Assembly (NCBI RefSeq): GCF_963921235.1
Contig: NC_086109.1
Location: 24,058,001-24,118,000 of the forward strand
Direction: 5' to 3'
DNA length: 60,000 nt
From: Mobula hypostoma
Taxonomy: Eukaryota
Shown here: in pieces, positions 25,190 to 37,989 of the stretch
Layout: each line of letters opens with the position of its first letter
Position numbering within the stretch: the stretch's first letter is position 1
Position numbers and translations under genes: made by a program
The notes under the pieces: model-generated
Databases searched by the model: none
Seen by the model: only the letters and a program-made list of their open reading frames with translations
Told to the model about the DNA's origin: nothing

Positions 25190-26345
25190 GAGTCAATGGG
25201 GATTTATTGCAGAATGGTAAGAGAGACTAAGGGAGTTGGATTTCTGAGACACTGATAATCATTAATGAATCCTGGGCAGAATCAAGAAGATTGGAGGCAG
25301 TCCCATTTGGTGGCTACATTAGTGGAATTGAAAAAGCAAGCACAAGCAACTGTAAAATATTAAGATTGATCATTGCATGAAAACCAAATTATTTGTACAG
25401 TGATTACGGAGGAAGCAGTGTAAGACAGGATGAGCCTGGCTCATCATAATGGCAGTGATGAGCCAGTTCACCACTGAGGCACTCTTCCTGGAGTTCCAAA
25501 AGGATGATGACAACATTCCACATCAAAAGACTCCTCAATAAGCATAAAGCCATGGGGATTTGTAGTGAAATCTTAGGAAATTGCTATGAAACTGGCTGAA
25601 GAACAGTAAACCACAGAAATTGGTTCAAAGGGTATTGTTACACATGGAGGAACAGAGGGATAATGGGGCCCATATCCATAGATCAATCAAAGTTGCCGTG
25701 CAAGTTCATAAGGTTGTTAAGAAGATGTGTGGTGCATTGGCTTTCATTAGTCAAGGATTGAGTTCATTAGCCACAAGGTAATGTTGCAGCTCTATAAATC
25801 CCTGGTTAGATCACACTGGGAATATTGTGTTCAGTTCTGTTTGCCTCATTGTAGGAAGAATGTGATAGCTTTAGAGAGGATGCAGAGGAGAGGATGCTGC
25901 CTGGACTAGAGGCCATGTCTTACAAAGATAGGTTGAGCAAGCTAGGGCTTTTCTCTTTGGAGCGAAGGAGGATGAGAGGTCTACGAGATGGTAAGAGGCA
26001 TTGATGTATTAGATAGCCGGAGACTCTTTCCCAGGGCAGAAATAGTCATATAAGGGGGCATATATTAAGGTGATTATTGGAAAGTATGGGGTGGGGTGGG
26101 GTGGGGTGTTGTCAGAGGTAAGTTCTTTACACAGAGAGTAGGGGATGCATGGAACATACAGCCAGAGATGGTAGTAGAGGCAGGTACATTAGGGGAATTT
26201 AAGAAACTCCTTGATAGGCAAAGTGATGATAGATAAATCAAGGGTTATGTGGGGGAAAGGGTTAGATTGATCTTGGAGTAGGTAGAAGGTTGGCACAACA
26301 TTGTAGGCTGAAGAACATGTACTGTGCTGTAATGTTCTATGTTCT
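25190..26345 (+). mobile_element. CR1 fragments (very old 5' part; better-preserved 3' part from ~25645)
   Basis: gttgcagctctataaatccctggttag and ggaatattgtgttcagttctg; tail tgttctatgttct. Confidence 0.75.
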
Positions 26346-26984
26346 GTGGAGCAGGAGTGGGGAAGGGTGCTGAAGATTAATTTTTGGAATCCTGCTGTTT
26401 CCAATTTATGCCAGAGTCTTGGATATACAAATTCAATTCAAAGTGGATAAATTTGCAGATACAACCAAACAGAAGAATTGTGGGACATGAGCTAGAGAGT
26501 ACAGAATGGTGACAAAGAGGTTTCAGGTAAAACCAAAGTACATTTTTCACCAAGTTGATGATCCTCTAGCAGCAGTCAATTTTTATTTCAACATGTACCC
26601 CTGCAAACAGTACACAAGAGTCCTGTATTACTAAGGGAATGAATCATGGCAAAAAAATATTTGAAATTTTTTTTATATTTCAAAAATATACTTTATTCAC
26701 AATGTAAATATAATTAGGACAAGACTGTGCAATCACTGTACTATAAATTTAAGGCAATATGTCAACACTACTCATGTTTCCTCCTTAAACAATGCAACTC
26801 TGAAACATTTGAGAGGCTGTTACATAGGGCCCAGTCACTCAGTGTTCAGTGGCAGCAGGAGCCCAGACAAGGGACCTTTCCCACAGAGTTCTTGTGCATG
26901 GAGCTTCAGTGCAGCCCTCAGTGTGTGCTCCTGCACCTTGGAACACGCCAGTCACCAGCACTCACTTACAAATATCCCTTTACC

Positions 26985-27424
26985 ATAGAGGTACAGGAGC
27001 CTGAACACACACACTCAATGTTGTAGGAACAACTTCTGCCCCTCCACCAGATTTCTGAATGGTCCATGAACACTAGCTCAAAATTCCTATTTAAAATTAT
27101 TTTTTAATTGTAACTTAGTAATTCTTTTATATCTTCCACTGTATTGCTGTCACAAAACAACAAATTTCACAGCATATGTCATTGATAATAAACCGGATTG
27201 AGATTCCATTCAGGAACAGCTTCTACCCCTCTGCCATCCAATTCCCAAACGGACATTGAAACCATGAACACTACCTCACTATTTTATTTGTTTTTGCCCT
27301 AGTTATTAATTTAACTATTTGATATACTTATTGTAATTCAGTTCTTTCTATATTATCATGCCTTGAATTATACTGCTGTGTTTCATGATGTATGCCGGTG
27401 ATATTAAACCTAATTCTGATCTGA
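26985..27424 (+). mobile_element. Two tandem Rex/Babar-type 3' ends
   Basis: ggaacaacttctgcccctc and ggaacagcttctacccctctgccatc units ending in ataaaccggattgagatt and attaaacctaattctgatctga. Confidence 0.7.
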
Positions 27425-28559
27425 GGATCAGCAAGTTTTGGGCAGACCAAAGCTCATACTTTTTAACTGAGCAGGTAACTTGGCATTGGCCTGCTAATAA
27501 ATTCAACACTGAATATGTCCATCCACTGCAAACCAATAATCACAAAGCTGGCATCATGTTGATCCACGTGAGAGTAACAGTAAAATACGAGCCAAAAGGG
27601 ATAATTATCTGCTCAGAGGACAAAAAAGAAAACTGAAGAATTTGGCGCCGGAATATGTGGCAACACTTGTGGGCTGCCCCCAGCACATCCTTACGTTGTG
27701 TTGGTTGTTAATGCAAACGCTGCATTTATTTCACTGCATGCTTTGATGTACATGTGATAAATAAATCTGAATTTGAATCTGAAGTAAATAAAGTGACAAA
27801 CTGAGCAATGTCAAAAAATGGACAGATGATTTTCTCCTTCCTAAACATTCTACCACTGTCAATATCCTGCTTGCTCAGTATCACCTGTTTATTGGGCTGC
27901 CAGTAAGGCACGGGGAATTGCTCTCGAAGCCCATACTTTAATTCCTTTTAATGGACAGAATTGACTAGTGTCAGACATAACAACCAATCTCTCAGTACAA
28001 GTTGTATTAAAATGTAATTTCCACATTCCCTCACTGACACACTCCACATCTGCCTGAAACTGGTTAATACAAATTATATTAAAAAATTTAAATTGCTAAT
28101 CAAAATCCATCATCTTCTAATTGGTTTTCAATTAAGTTTAGCAATCCTGCTAATTAAATCTTCACAGCTGTGACCCACTAATAGCACCTGACATCACTTC
28201 CTGTTCAAGACAGGTCATTAGAGTTTTTTTAGGCCAATAGATGATCCAGTCGTATTACGTGACACTTAGGTTCTTCATCTGACTGCCTGGTCTTGATGTG
28301 TGAGCTTAGTGAGTGCGCTGTTTGAGTCTGTTGTGGTTTATTGGGAAAACATACTTATAGCATTGTCTATGTCTCACTACAGAAATTTAAGCACAGAAGT
28401 CTAGGTTAACATTCTGGTGCGGTATTGAGATTTTAAACCAGCAGAAGTGGAGAAAATGGAAGTGGTGCTTTCTCTAGACAATGGGAAAGAATCCAGTCAA
28501 CAATTGCAAGGTGCTGCTAATGTTGCTCTATGTTGTGTAGCTATAGCTCATAACCTTGT

Positions 28560-28880
28560 CATGGTTGTCACCTGAACCAGGTTCCATTTCATCTGGAGAT
28601 CAGAAGTGGATAATGTCCAGAGAGATGTGGTACACAGCTCTTCAAAGTGGGGGGGGGGGTGCGGTAATGTATCTTATGTGGACCACAGCCTGATGGCCAC
28701 TCCTGTGTGTGGCTGCAGCAAGCTCTGCATAGAGACTGAGTACATAAACAACAAATGTCGCTACATGTTGAGGTTTTACAAAGAATTAACCAGGAACTGT
28801 CCTATTGGGTTTGACTTTGTCATATTACCTGTGCCACATGGAAAGGTATCCGCAAAAACATACTCTGGACCATGATCAAG
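28560..28880 (+). mobile_element. L1/Tx1-like retrotransposon fragment
   Basis: LMATPVCGCSKLCIETEYINNKCRYMLRFY resembles the post-RT region of Tx1-like ORF2; paralogous to 30190-30330. Confidence 0.6.
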
Positions 28881-29649
28881 CAGTAGTTTCCATGGACTAT
28901 GTATGTGAAGATGGTTAGTCTTTTTGAATGGTTTCTGAAGCACTGTTAAACTCATTTGAAAGTATGCCTGATCTCCAGAAACTCTCAAATATGACCTCAC
29001 TTAACTCATGATCAAATGGACTTTCCCCCATTACATCTTTCATTTACTACAAGTTTGTAGTGCATCATGCTCTGGCCTCAAGGTTGCTCTGGCGTAATCT
29101 CCCACTTCCTTCTGGGGCAGGCATAAGCCAAAAAAATATCTGGAAAGGGTACGTGTGGTTATTTTCAAGGTGCATCCCTCGTGGATTCATAATGCAGAAC
29201 AATGCTCTAGAGGCTATTCGTTGGGATGCGTACTTGATGATCTTCTTGCAGATGTTTGTCAATTTGGTGCTCCTTGGGCTGCCCAAAAAAACATGTTGGT
29301 TTTCCAGCTCAGGGAGCCATCTGCAAAAGAAGTTTATAGACTGGCATGTTCCAAGGTGTAGGAGTACTTGCTACGAGATGCACTGAACTTTTGTTATTGT
29401 TCCAAAGGTCCATTAGGGAAAAGCCACAGTACTGGGTCCTTGCTTCCGGAATGCTAAAGGGCTTATCCCTGTGTAATAACCTTCCAGATGTTTCACTGAT
29501 GAAATATTTATGATATGTTGAGATAATATGACTTTTATCAGCAAATGCAATGATGTCCTTGGCCCAGTGAATGAAGAAAATGCAATGCCCCATTTTCTTT
29601 CACAGAATACATTCTGAGTAAATTATATATCTGGAAAAAAGTAGTTTTT

Positions 29650-30890
29650 GGTATCAGTTGATACCAAATAGGTATAAGAGGAGTGATGATCCCAGGCAGT
29701 GGTGGAGTGGTGTCAAAGCCCATGACACTATTTTCTATCCAGACTTGTTGAAATTTTCACACACTGAACCTTCATGACCAGCTTGAACTGACATTGAGGT
29801 TGGCAAACAATCACAGCAAGGGTGAGGTAATGCTTTTTGAGAACTGGTCCAACAGATACTTCACCATCCTTAAGGTGCTGGAAATTAGTATGGAGGAGTG
29901 CATAGCAAGTGAAAACCCTAGCTGGGAATGTGGAAGCAATGTTCTGTCTTTGCAGAAAAGACCCTGAATGTAGAGGCAAGGTTCAGTTAGTGTTGTTCTA
30001 CGTAGTAAAGGTGTGGCCCTTTCGAGTAGTTTCCACTTCATCCATAGCAGGAGTTCACAAACTTCTTTCATGCCGTGGAGCATTACCATTAATTGAGGGG
30101 TCCATGGACCCCAGATTGAGAACCCCTGATCTAGAGATACAATGTGTTGATCTCCAGTGTGAAAAAGAGGAATTGTACTCAACAGAGGTTTCATCCTGTT
30201 GGCCACCTTTGTGTGTAGATTCATCAAGCTCTGTGAAGACCATGGGCTTGTAAACATCAAGTATTGTTCCCGTCCCTTCTGTTGTGAAGGATAGACCTGG
30301 GCAGATTGCCAAGGAATATTCCATTCATTTGGATTTTGTCACACCATCTGTCTCTTGCAGAAAGTACCTGCAGAGAAACACCTCTAACCACAATCGATCA
30401 GACAGTTTTCGTTTCCACAGAATGTTCCTGAGATCCTGTGGGAGAAGAAGGCAGTAGGTCCCATCAGATGGCGTCCAGGCAGGTCATCAAGGTCACTTGG
30501 CAGAATGTCTCATTCGCTTAACTCTCAACCAAGCAAGAAGACCTTGCTTAGCTGCTGGTGAGAATAACCTTTCCATGAGATCCCTCATGTACAACCAAAA
30601 TCTCAATTGTTGATTGGGGCAGTGGTGCAGATCAAAATATCATCCATCTCCTATTGGTGTGATTATTTGCCACAACAGTCTAGAAAGGGAAATACAGTAG
30701 TGGTCTTTGTCAATGTACATCCTGAGGAACTGAACAACACAAGACTCTGCTCTATGGACTGATCTCAGAGATATGTAGAAAGACCAACAAGGACTACCAT
30801 TGGAAGACCATCGACTTAGTGAAAGACATATATTGGTTTGCTCAAAACTTGCTTGTTTGCCAATGCAGCCATCACAAAGTTTCCATAGAG
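29650..30890 (+). mobile_element. L1/Tx1-like retrotransposon relic (end of RT to C-terminus)
   Basis: IRGVMIPGSGG (~29673), LLATFVCRFIKLCED (~30197), WQNVS (~30498) and WKTIDLVKDIYWFAQNLLVCQ (~30801) occur in the expected order. Confidence 0.65.
30048..30128. mobile_element. ~80 bp hAT/Charlie-like MITE inserted in the Tx1-like relic
   Basis: caggagttcacaaact...gaggggtccatggaccccagattgagaacccctg; flanks atccatag/atctagag. Confidence 0.75.
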
Positions 30891-31144
30891 AAAGCCTACA
30901 GTATATAGGTCTCCCTACAGGACACAGGTGACTTACGAATCTATTTGAAAGAAAAACTGTTGGACTACCTTCTGTTTTGAGTGGAATGTTAAGCTGGAGC
31001 CTGTGCTCTCTCTCATGGGCCTTAAAGACACCATGACATTACTTTTCCCAACAGTCTCCTGATATTTACTCCTGAGCTGGTAATACAAAAGCAGGTTACT
31101 TAGGCATATTTCTTCCCATTCACAAACATAGGTAATCGATGGAG

Positions 31145-31530
31145 ACAGAAGAGATTACAGATGCTGGAATTTGGACCAAAAAGAAACAAAACTCCTGGAG
31201 GAACACAACAGCGTCTGTGGAAGCAAAAGGCAAGTCAGCGTTTTGGGTCAAGACCCTGCTTGATAACAGAGTGTAGAGGGGAGGTAGCCACTACTGAGGT
31301 AAGAGTGTGGGGTGAGGCAGGGGCTTTTCAGAAATGGGTGCAACCAAGTCAGATGGGGGATGATGGGCAGATGGATTGGTGGGAGAGGGGAATCCACAGA
31401 CAGAGGCTGGTGAGTGATAGGTGAAAACAGGTAAGGTAAAAGAATCTGGGCAGATGGAGCCAGGTGGGAAAGGGAGGGTAGAGAGGGTAGAAGTTAAAGG
31501 CAGAGACTGGAATGCGATAAATGGAAGCAA
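31145..31530 (-). mobile_element. Penelope terminal-repeat-derived fragment
   Basis: cagatgctggaat terminus, decayed cgttttgggtcaagaccct motif and purine-rich body with gtgataggtg. Confidence 0.65.
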
Positions 31531-33199
31531 ATGGGAAGGATGTATCAAGGACTAATGAATACCTTCCTTACTTAGCTCCTTGTGAATGTTGCAATTGAAA
31601 ATGGTGTGCCGAAAGTCCAGAGTTTGTAGGAGTCAAGTTGACCCCCCTTGTGAAGGAGCATGCAAGGCATAGCGTGGTGGAATGCCCGTAGGTGTTGACT
31701 ATATTTTTGCTCTCCGCATTCTTCCACTCATGCTGCTGATGGCAAACCAGGTTCTCCGCTTCATTGAGAAGCCTGAGGCTGTGGTGGCAGATGTATGTTG
31801 CTGCCTTGTTGGAGAACTGCTGAGACTGAGAAAGGCGGGGTGGGGGGAGGGTGAGGGTTGGGACTTCCACTGTGTCCCCTCAACAACACCCCCCCCCCCC
31901 AACTGGGCCTGTTGCTTAACTAGCTACTGAAAACAAGTCTTAGCGTAGGAGCATCAGGGGGATAATTAGTTACAGAGGAAATGGAAACTTATGTCTGAAA
32001 TAGAATCAATGGGCTGAATGGAATATTTCCATTTCCATATCATAAGGAAATGTGAAATGTACCTTGCTTGAATTTGGGATGAGTGTTGCAGGACTTTATC
32101 AGGTTTTCAAGGGATTAACTTTGCCAACACGTTTGCAGTGGGGGTTAGTACTCACACCAACTGTAGGCCGCTGGTAGCCATATGCGAGCTGTTGGCCTGA
32201 GGGCGACCCCCAAATTTTACACATGGCACATGGATTGCATTTGAGAATCAGATCTGGCAGATTGTGATGCCTGGTGGGGTGCAATAGCCAGACTGCAGCT
32301 GAGCTGCCACAGCAGACTGGTGAGTGGGATTTATTAATTTCTCAGCTGTGTTTGACTGAAGAAATACTCAACGCTGGCACTAGAAGCCTGTAGTAGAAAC
32401 AACTTCAAAATTTCGACACCAAAGTCTCTCTCTCCTAGACGAGAACAAGATGCTGCTGAAGAAAATGCTATGCTATTTTATCTTAATCTGTGAGAATGGC
32501 TTAAACAAAGTAGGAGAATAAACAGGCTTTCCACAAAACCAGGACTGGAGATTAGAAGGAACTTCCTGAATTCCTCCCCTTCATTCAGGTTCAGCCTGAC
32601 TGTGTTCTGATTGATACCTGTGTTAGCACAATGAGAAACAAGACAGGACTCCATTCACCCAATTAGCAATCATCATTAATGTCCTCTGATGTAATTAATT
32701 TTAAAAAGAGCTTAAGTGATTTGTTCTGTAATTGAAATGTATAAACATTAATGTCTTTGTTTTTAAAGTTAGAAATGGAGTAATCTGTTATGCTCCATGA
32801 GGAAGGATGCTGGTCTGTGCCTTTGTGTGCGCACACGTATTGGATAAGGACACAATTTGGATTGAATGTGATGCTGTATGTGGTCGAATGTCCTGCCTTC
32901 ATTCACGCTTCTTCCATTAATTTCAGGACGGGATCCTTGCATAGAATTCTGCCGAGGGTTTCTGGGCCCAAAATGTTAATTATTTCTGCATTGCCTGCTG
33001 AAATTTTATAGCGTTTGTGTTCAGTTTTTGGTTTAATTTTGGAGTTCCACCATCTCCAGGGTTGTTTTTTTTGTTCGTTCATTCATTCTGCTTTAAAGCT
33101 GAGGTTACCCATCTGTCGGTGAAGGTTCAAAGGTCACCACTAGTAAGAAAATATCACTCTCCAGGGTCAGAATAAAGCAGGGACCAGGGTAGGGCTTTG

Positions 33200-34597
33200 G
33201 AAATGCCAGGAAGCCACTTCCTGCACTACATTGATGACTGCATTGGTATTGCTTCATGCAACCATGCTGAGCTTGTCAATTTCATCAACTTTGCCTCCAA
33301 TTTCCACCCTGCCCTTCGATTCAATTGGACCAGTTCTGACACCTCTGCCCCTTCCTCAATCTCTCTGTCTCCATCTCTGGAGACAAACTTTCTACCGACA
33401 ACTTTTATAAACCTGCCAATTCCCACAGTATCTCGTCTATACCTCTTCCCACCCTGTCTTCTGTAAAAATGCTAGTCCCTTTTCTCAGTTCCTTCATCTG
33501 CAGCACATCTGTTCTCGGGATGAGGCTTTCCTTTCTGGGATACAGTATCAGAGATGTCCTCCTTCAAAGGAAGAAGTTTTCTTTCCTCCACCTTTGATGC
33601 TCCCCTCAGCTGTGCCTCCTCCATTTCCCATCCATGCTCACCCCATCTTCCCACCTACTTAACAAGGACAGTGTTCCTCTTGTTCTCACCTACCATGTCA
33701 TTTACCCCCACATCCAACACATCATTCTCTGGCAACTTCCACCATCTTCAGCCGGTTCCTACCAACAAATGCGTATTTACCTCCCCGCTCCCCACTCTCC
33801 GCTTTCCACAGGGATTGCCCCCTCCATGATTCCTTTTCCTATTCGTCCCTCCCCTCTCCACTAATCTCCCTGCATATCCCTGCCAGCAACCGAAATGCTA
33901 CACCTACCCATTCACCCCCCCCCCCACCTCCATTCAGCGGCCCAAACAGTCCTTCCAGGACAGGCAATAATTCTCCTGCAAATCTGCTGGGCTGTCCATT
34001 GTATCCAGATGTGGCCTCCTCTACATTGTCAAGCCAGTCCACTCCATCCACCAAAAGCAGAATTTCCCAGCGGCCAAACATTTTAATTCCTATCCCCAAT
34101 CCCATTTGGGCATGTCGGCCCATGGCCTCCTCTTTTGACATGATGAGGCCATTCTCAGTGTGAAGGGGTAACACCCTATATTCTGTTTAGGCAACTTCAA
34201 CCTGATGGCAGGAACATCATTTCTCTGGTAATTTTTACCCTCCTTCTTCCCTCCTCTTCTGTTCCCTACTCTGGACTCTTACCTCTTCTCCTCGCCTGCC
34301 TTTCACCACCCCTGGTGCAGCTCCTTCTTCCTTTTCTCCCATGGTCCACTCTCCTGTCCTGCAAGATTCCTTCTTCTCCAGCCCTTTAACTTTCCCACCC
34401 ATCTGGCCTCACCTATCACCTTCCAGCTTGTCCTCCTCCACCCGCCCCCCCACACCAACTTTTCATTGTAACGTCTTCCCCCTTCTTTTCCAGTCCTGAT
34501 GAGGGGTGTCGGCCAGAAACGTCGCCCGTTTATTCATTTCTATACTGTAGACGATGCCTGACCGGCTGGGTTCCTCCAGCATTCTGTGTGTGTTACG

Positions 34598-34598
<1 letters not shown>
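33200..34598 (+). mobile_element. Penelope-like retroelement, 5'-truncated (RT end, GIY-YIG relic, terminal repeat with hammerhead)
   Basis: FLHYIDDCIGIAS...LVNFINFASNFHPALRF (RT YxDD), NKDSVPLVLTYH and a decayed cattgtatcc..atgtggcctcctctacattg GIY-YIG segment; terminal cagtcctgatga...gaaacgtc at 34491-34523. Confidence 0.88.

Positions 34599-34601
<3 letters not shown>

Positions 34602-34642
<41 letters not shown>
34602..34642. repeat. (AC)~20 microsatellite
   Basis: Uninterrupted dinucleotide run. Confidence 0.95.
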
Positions 34643-34646
<4 letters not shown>

Positions 34647-35377
34647 CAGTGTTAGTGCGGGCGCCATGTGCATTCTCCAATCCTGCTTGTCCCACACCAG
34701 CGGGTCCTTTGTATTGCTGAACTACCTCAACCGGTCTTTCAATCCAGGGCGCGTTCTGTGACAGACTGGCAACTGTGCATGTGTCATCTTGCACATCGCG
34801 TCAGTTTGAAAGTGCCGGCCTGTTGTTCGCGCTTTCTGCCTGTAACACGGTATCAAGCACAGCTCCAGAAAAGAGAACTCGAATGGTTTGCTTCCATGCC
34901 GACTCCACGAAGGAAACGACTCTCTGCGGAAGCATAACAGGAGTTTGACGCGAAAATGTAGTTTGGCCTCCGGAGAGTGTGTGTGTGTTTTTCTCTCTCT
35001 CTCTGGAATGGGAAGAGTCACTTTCTGTGGCTTCAGAAGTCGTGGATAACTGAAACGTTCGGTCCTGCGCCACTAGAGGACGGACTAACATCAATCTGTG
35101 ACGGTGTCAAAATGAAAGCAGGTCAGAGATACAGTACAGCAACACACACGCAAGCTCTTTCGCAAGGTGACATCAATCTGTTCCCACCCCCTTTCGCATG
35201 GTTCAAAATCAAAATTAGCTGTTTGTGTGCGCGTCCTCTAAACTTGAAACAAAACCGGCGTACTTTGCCGAGTATTCCCTTCTTTGCAAGTCATTCCATT
35301 AACTTTGAAAGCCTGTTTACAATGAGTCTTCAGTTCACCGTCTGGATAGTATCCGAAATCAAAAGTAAACAGTATCT

Positions 35378-36290
35378 GGCTGTGGCTCAGTGGGTAGCAC
35401 CCACGATTCTGAGCCAAAAGGTCGTGAGTTCAAATTTCATTTCGTATTCGTGATCCGGGCCCATTCTGTGAGTGCAGTATTGAAGCTTTGCAGCGGTTGT
35501 TGAAATGTTAAGTTGAAACTCTGCCGGCCTTCTCCAAGAGGACCCTAACGCTATTTGAAGAGCAATGGAGTTGAGATCCCCGTCTCCAAGGCAATAGATA
35601 CGCTCGGTGGCCACTTTATTAGGTACAGGAGGTTATTTTCGTGGTCTTTTGCCCATCCACTCGTGTTGTGTCTCTTCAGTACACCACTGTTATAACGTGC
35701 GATTCTTTGAGATATTTTCACCTTCCTGTCGGCTTGAACCAGTCTGGCCATTCCCCTCTGACCTCTCTCATTAACAAGGTGTTTTCGCCCACATAACCGC
35801 GCTGATCGGGTGCTTTTTTTTTTGTTTTTCGTACCATTGGCTCTAAACTCTTAGAGACTTGTGTGTGAAAATCCCAGGAAAATCAGCAGTTTCTGAGATA
35901 CTTAAACCACCCTGTTTGGCACTAACAATCATTCCACAGCCAAAGTTACTTAGATCACATTTGTTCCCATTCTGATGTTTTGTCTGAGCAACAACTAAAC
36001 CTCTCGTCCACGTCTGTATATTTTTAGGGATTGAATTGCTGCCAGCTGATCTGCTGATTCGCTATTTGCATCAATAAGCAGGTGAACTGGGGTACCAAAA
36101 AAGTGGCCACAGTGTGTAGTTCCCTGTTACCAGGGCAACAGATATATTCCTTGGCTGGAGCAGGTTATCTCCACAGCTGTCCTGAGCGTTTACTGATTAT
36201 GAGCAGATTGCAGCCCACTTTACAAACGTGATCACACTACAAAGATACCTCATTGTTAAAATTTATATCCTGAAGTTGCATTATAACTTT
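35378..36290 (+). mobile_element. Old tRNA-derived Deu-type SINE, split by a Tc1-like MITE
   Basis: gtggctcagtgggtagcac...gagttcaaat head and gtgcagtattga...ctatttgaagagc body; appears to resume after 36118. Confidence 0.55.
35601..36116 (-). mobile_element. Complete Tc1/mariner non-autonomous element
   Basis: TIRs cgctcggtggccactttattaggtac / gtaccaaaaaagtggccacagtgtg, TA on both sides (35599-35600 and 36117-36118); remnant MARLVQADRKVKISQRIARYNSG. Confidence 0.88.
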
Positions 36291-37989
36291 GATCAATACT
36301 TTCAACAGAGAAATCTGGTCTAACTCAATTTTGCCCTTGGATTTGAGTTTGGAGAACCATTCTCCTTATGAGGCAATCCACTTTAAACTCGATGGACACA
36401 AAGGTTGGTACTGAGTTTGTTCATTTCATTCCCGGTAACAACTGCATGCAAAAATAGGTTGAATGTCACTGAATTTAAGAGGAGGAACATCACGTTGATA
36501 GAGACATTCTACTTTCACATTGATTTGATATAACTGACCTCATTTCTTATAGAAACTTTGCCAAGGATGGTCCCACGCCCACCTATGAAAGGAAAAGGGT
36601 TGACCATGGGGCTAGCAACCACAACCATATAAAAACCCAGAGCTACAATAATGCCAACAGAAGCTCCAAGGACCTCATCCTTAGGAGAAGAAGGATACAT
36701 ATGAAGGTGGGCTACATCTGGGGATAACTTGAAAGACTGGTCCCAGGGCAGAAGACTCTGGTGAGTTTCTGTCAGCGGGTTTGCTCCAGTATAGGTGTTG
36801 GTCTTAGAAGAAGAGGAAGATTCCTCCTATAGAGCTAACTGATGACCTTTCAAAGATTAACTCTCTGTAATAGGGCTGATTATAGAAAGAAGGCATCTAT
36901 CCAGTAGGGCCCCTTTGAAAGGTATCTTGTTGGAGAGGCCTTCTGTGAAAGGGATCCAACTGGAATTGCCTTCTTTGAAACATACTTCTCTCCTGTAAAT
37001 TCATTTGGGGTCCATCCAACAGAGCTCTTTTCAAAGATGTGTCTCTCTAGTAAGGTCCTTCAAAAGGAATCTCTATGGAGAAACCTTCTTTAGAGGTGGC
37101 AGATGGAGAAAGGGGTCTGATTGGAGACACCTTCTTTTAAAATTAGATCTGTTGACCAGATGCCATTAGTGTACATTCAGATGAGCTTCTTTCAAAATCA
37201 GGCCCTTTAATTTGAGTTGGACACTGAAGCAACTATTTAAGTTACACTCAAAAGATGCCACTCAATTAGTTTCTGACCTTTATTACTGTACTGTTGTCAA
37301 CTTATTATAACAAAACCTCCTGGATAGAAGATGAATGTGTAACTCAGATGTTCCACTTTCTACTTCTGGTTTCTTTATGTGTGTTTTAATATAAATATTT
37401 ATTTCATATCCCTGCAGGTTACACACGCCAAATCCTCAGCAAATTCACCACAAGCCACATATCGACTCATATCCTGCCTGGGTCAGGCATCATGCAGTAC
37501 AGCTATGCAACTCGGTGCCAAACTGCATTCCATCCTTTCAAAAGTTTTCTTCTCCTCAATGCTTGTTTCATCAGAGCAGGAAGTAAAAGCATCTTTTTAA
37601 AAAAAAACAAAACATACTTCAATCCATTACGAACAAAATAATGTGTGTTGGTTGATATTGATTTCACTGTGTATGGAATTCACTTTTCTGCCATCCTGTC
37701 AACTCAGTACTGAGTGAGACATCCTGGTTAGGCTGGTGGAACTCTTGCTTCTGATTGTGAAGATTGTGGGTTCAAGTCTCAAGTGCAGACTTGACTCCCA
37801 CATCACTACATGACAAAACTTCCAAAAGTCCTTTATGGTGTGTAAAACACTATTTCAAATGTCCTGATATTGTGAAGAATGTTTTCTTTCTTTCTCACGC
37901 TGACATTTTGGAGGTATGCCTTGTTGGAATAGGTATTAAGTTAAACTAATGGTAGGTTGGCTTGATTGAATGGATTTTAGTGTGACTGT

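Noticed and set aside
31572..31825. Possible cassette exon on the minus strand (pyrimidine tract + tctcag acceptor, open frame SQQFSNKAAT...SQGA, aa|gtaagg donor)
   Set aside because: No similarity to FOXP proteins; all three acceptor choices give lengths (254/248/245) that break frame; the donor is weak. It would need RNA evidence.
34977..35453. 158-aa plus-strand ORF
   Set aside because: GTG start within a dinucleotide run, no domain, runs into a SINE head, and is antisense to the host gene.
36126..36139. RFX X-box-like palindrome gttaccagggcaac
   Set aside because: A single motif inside SINE-derived sequence; insufficient evidence for function.
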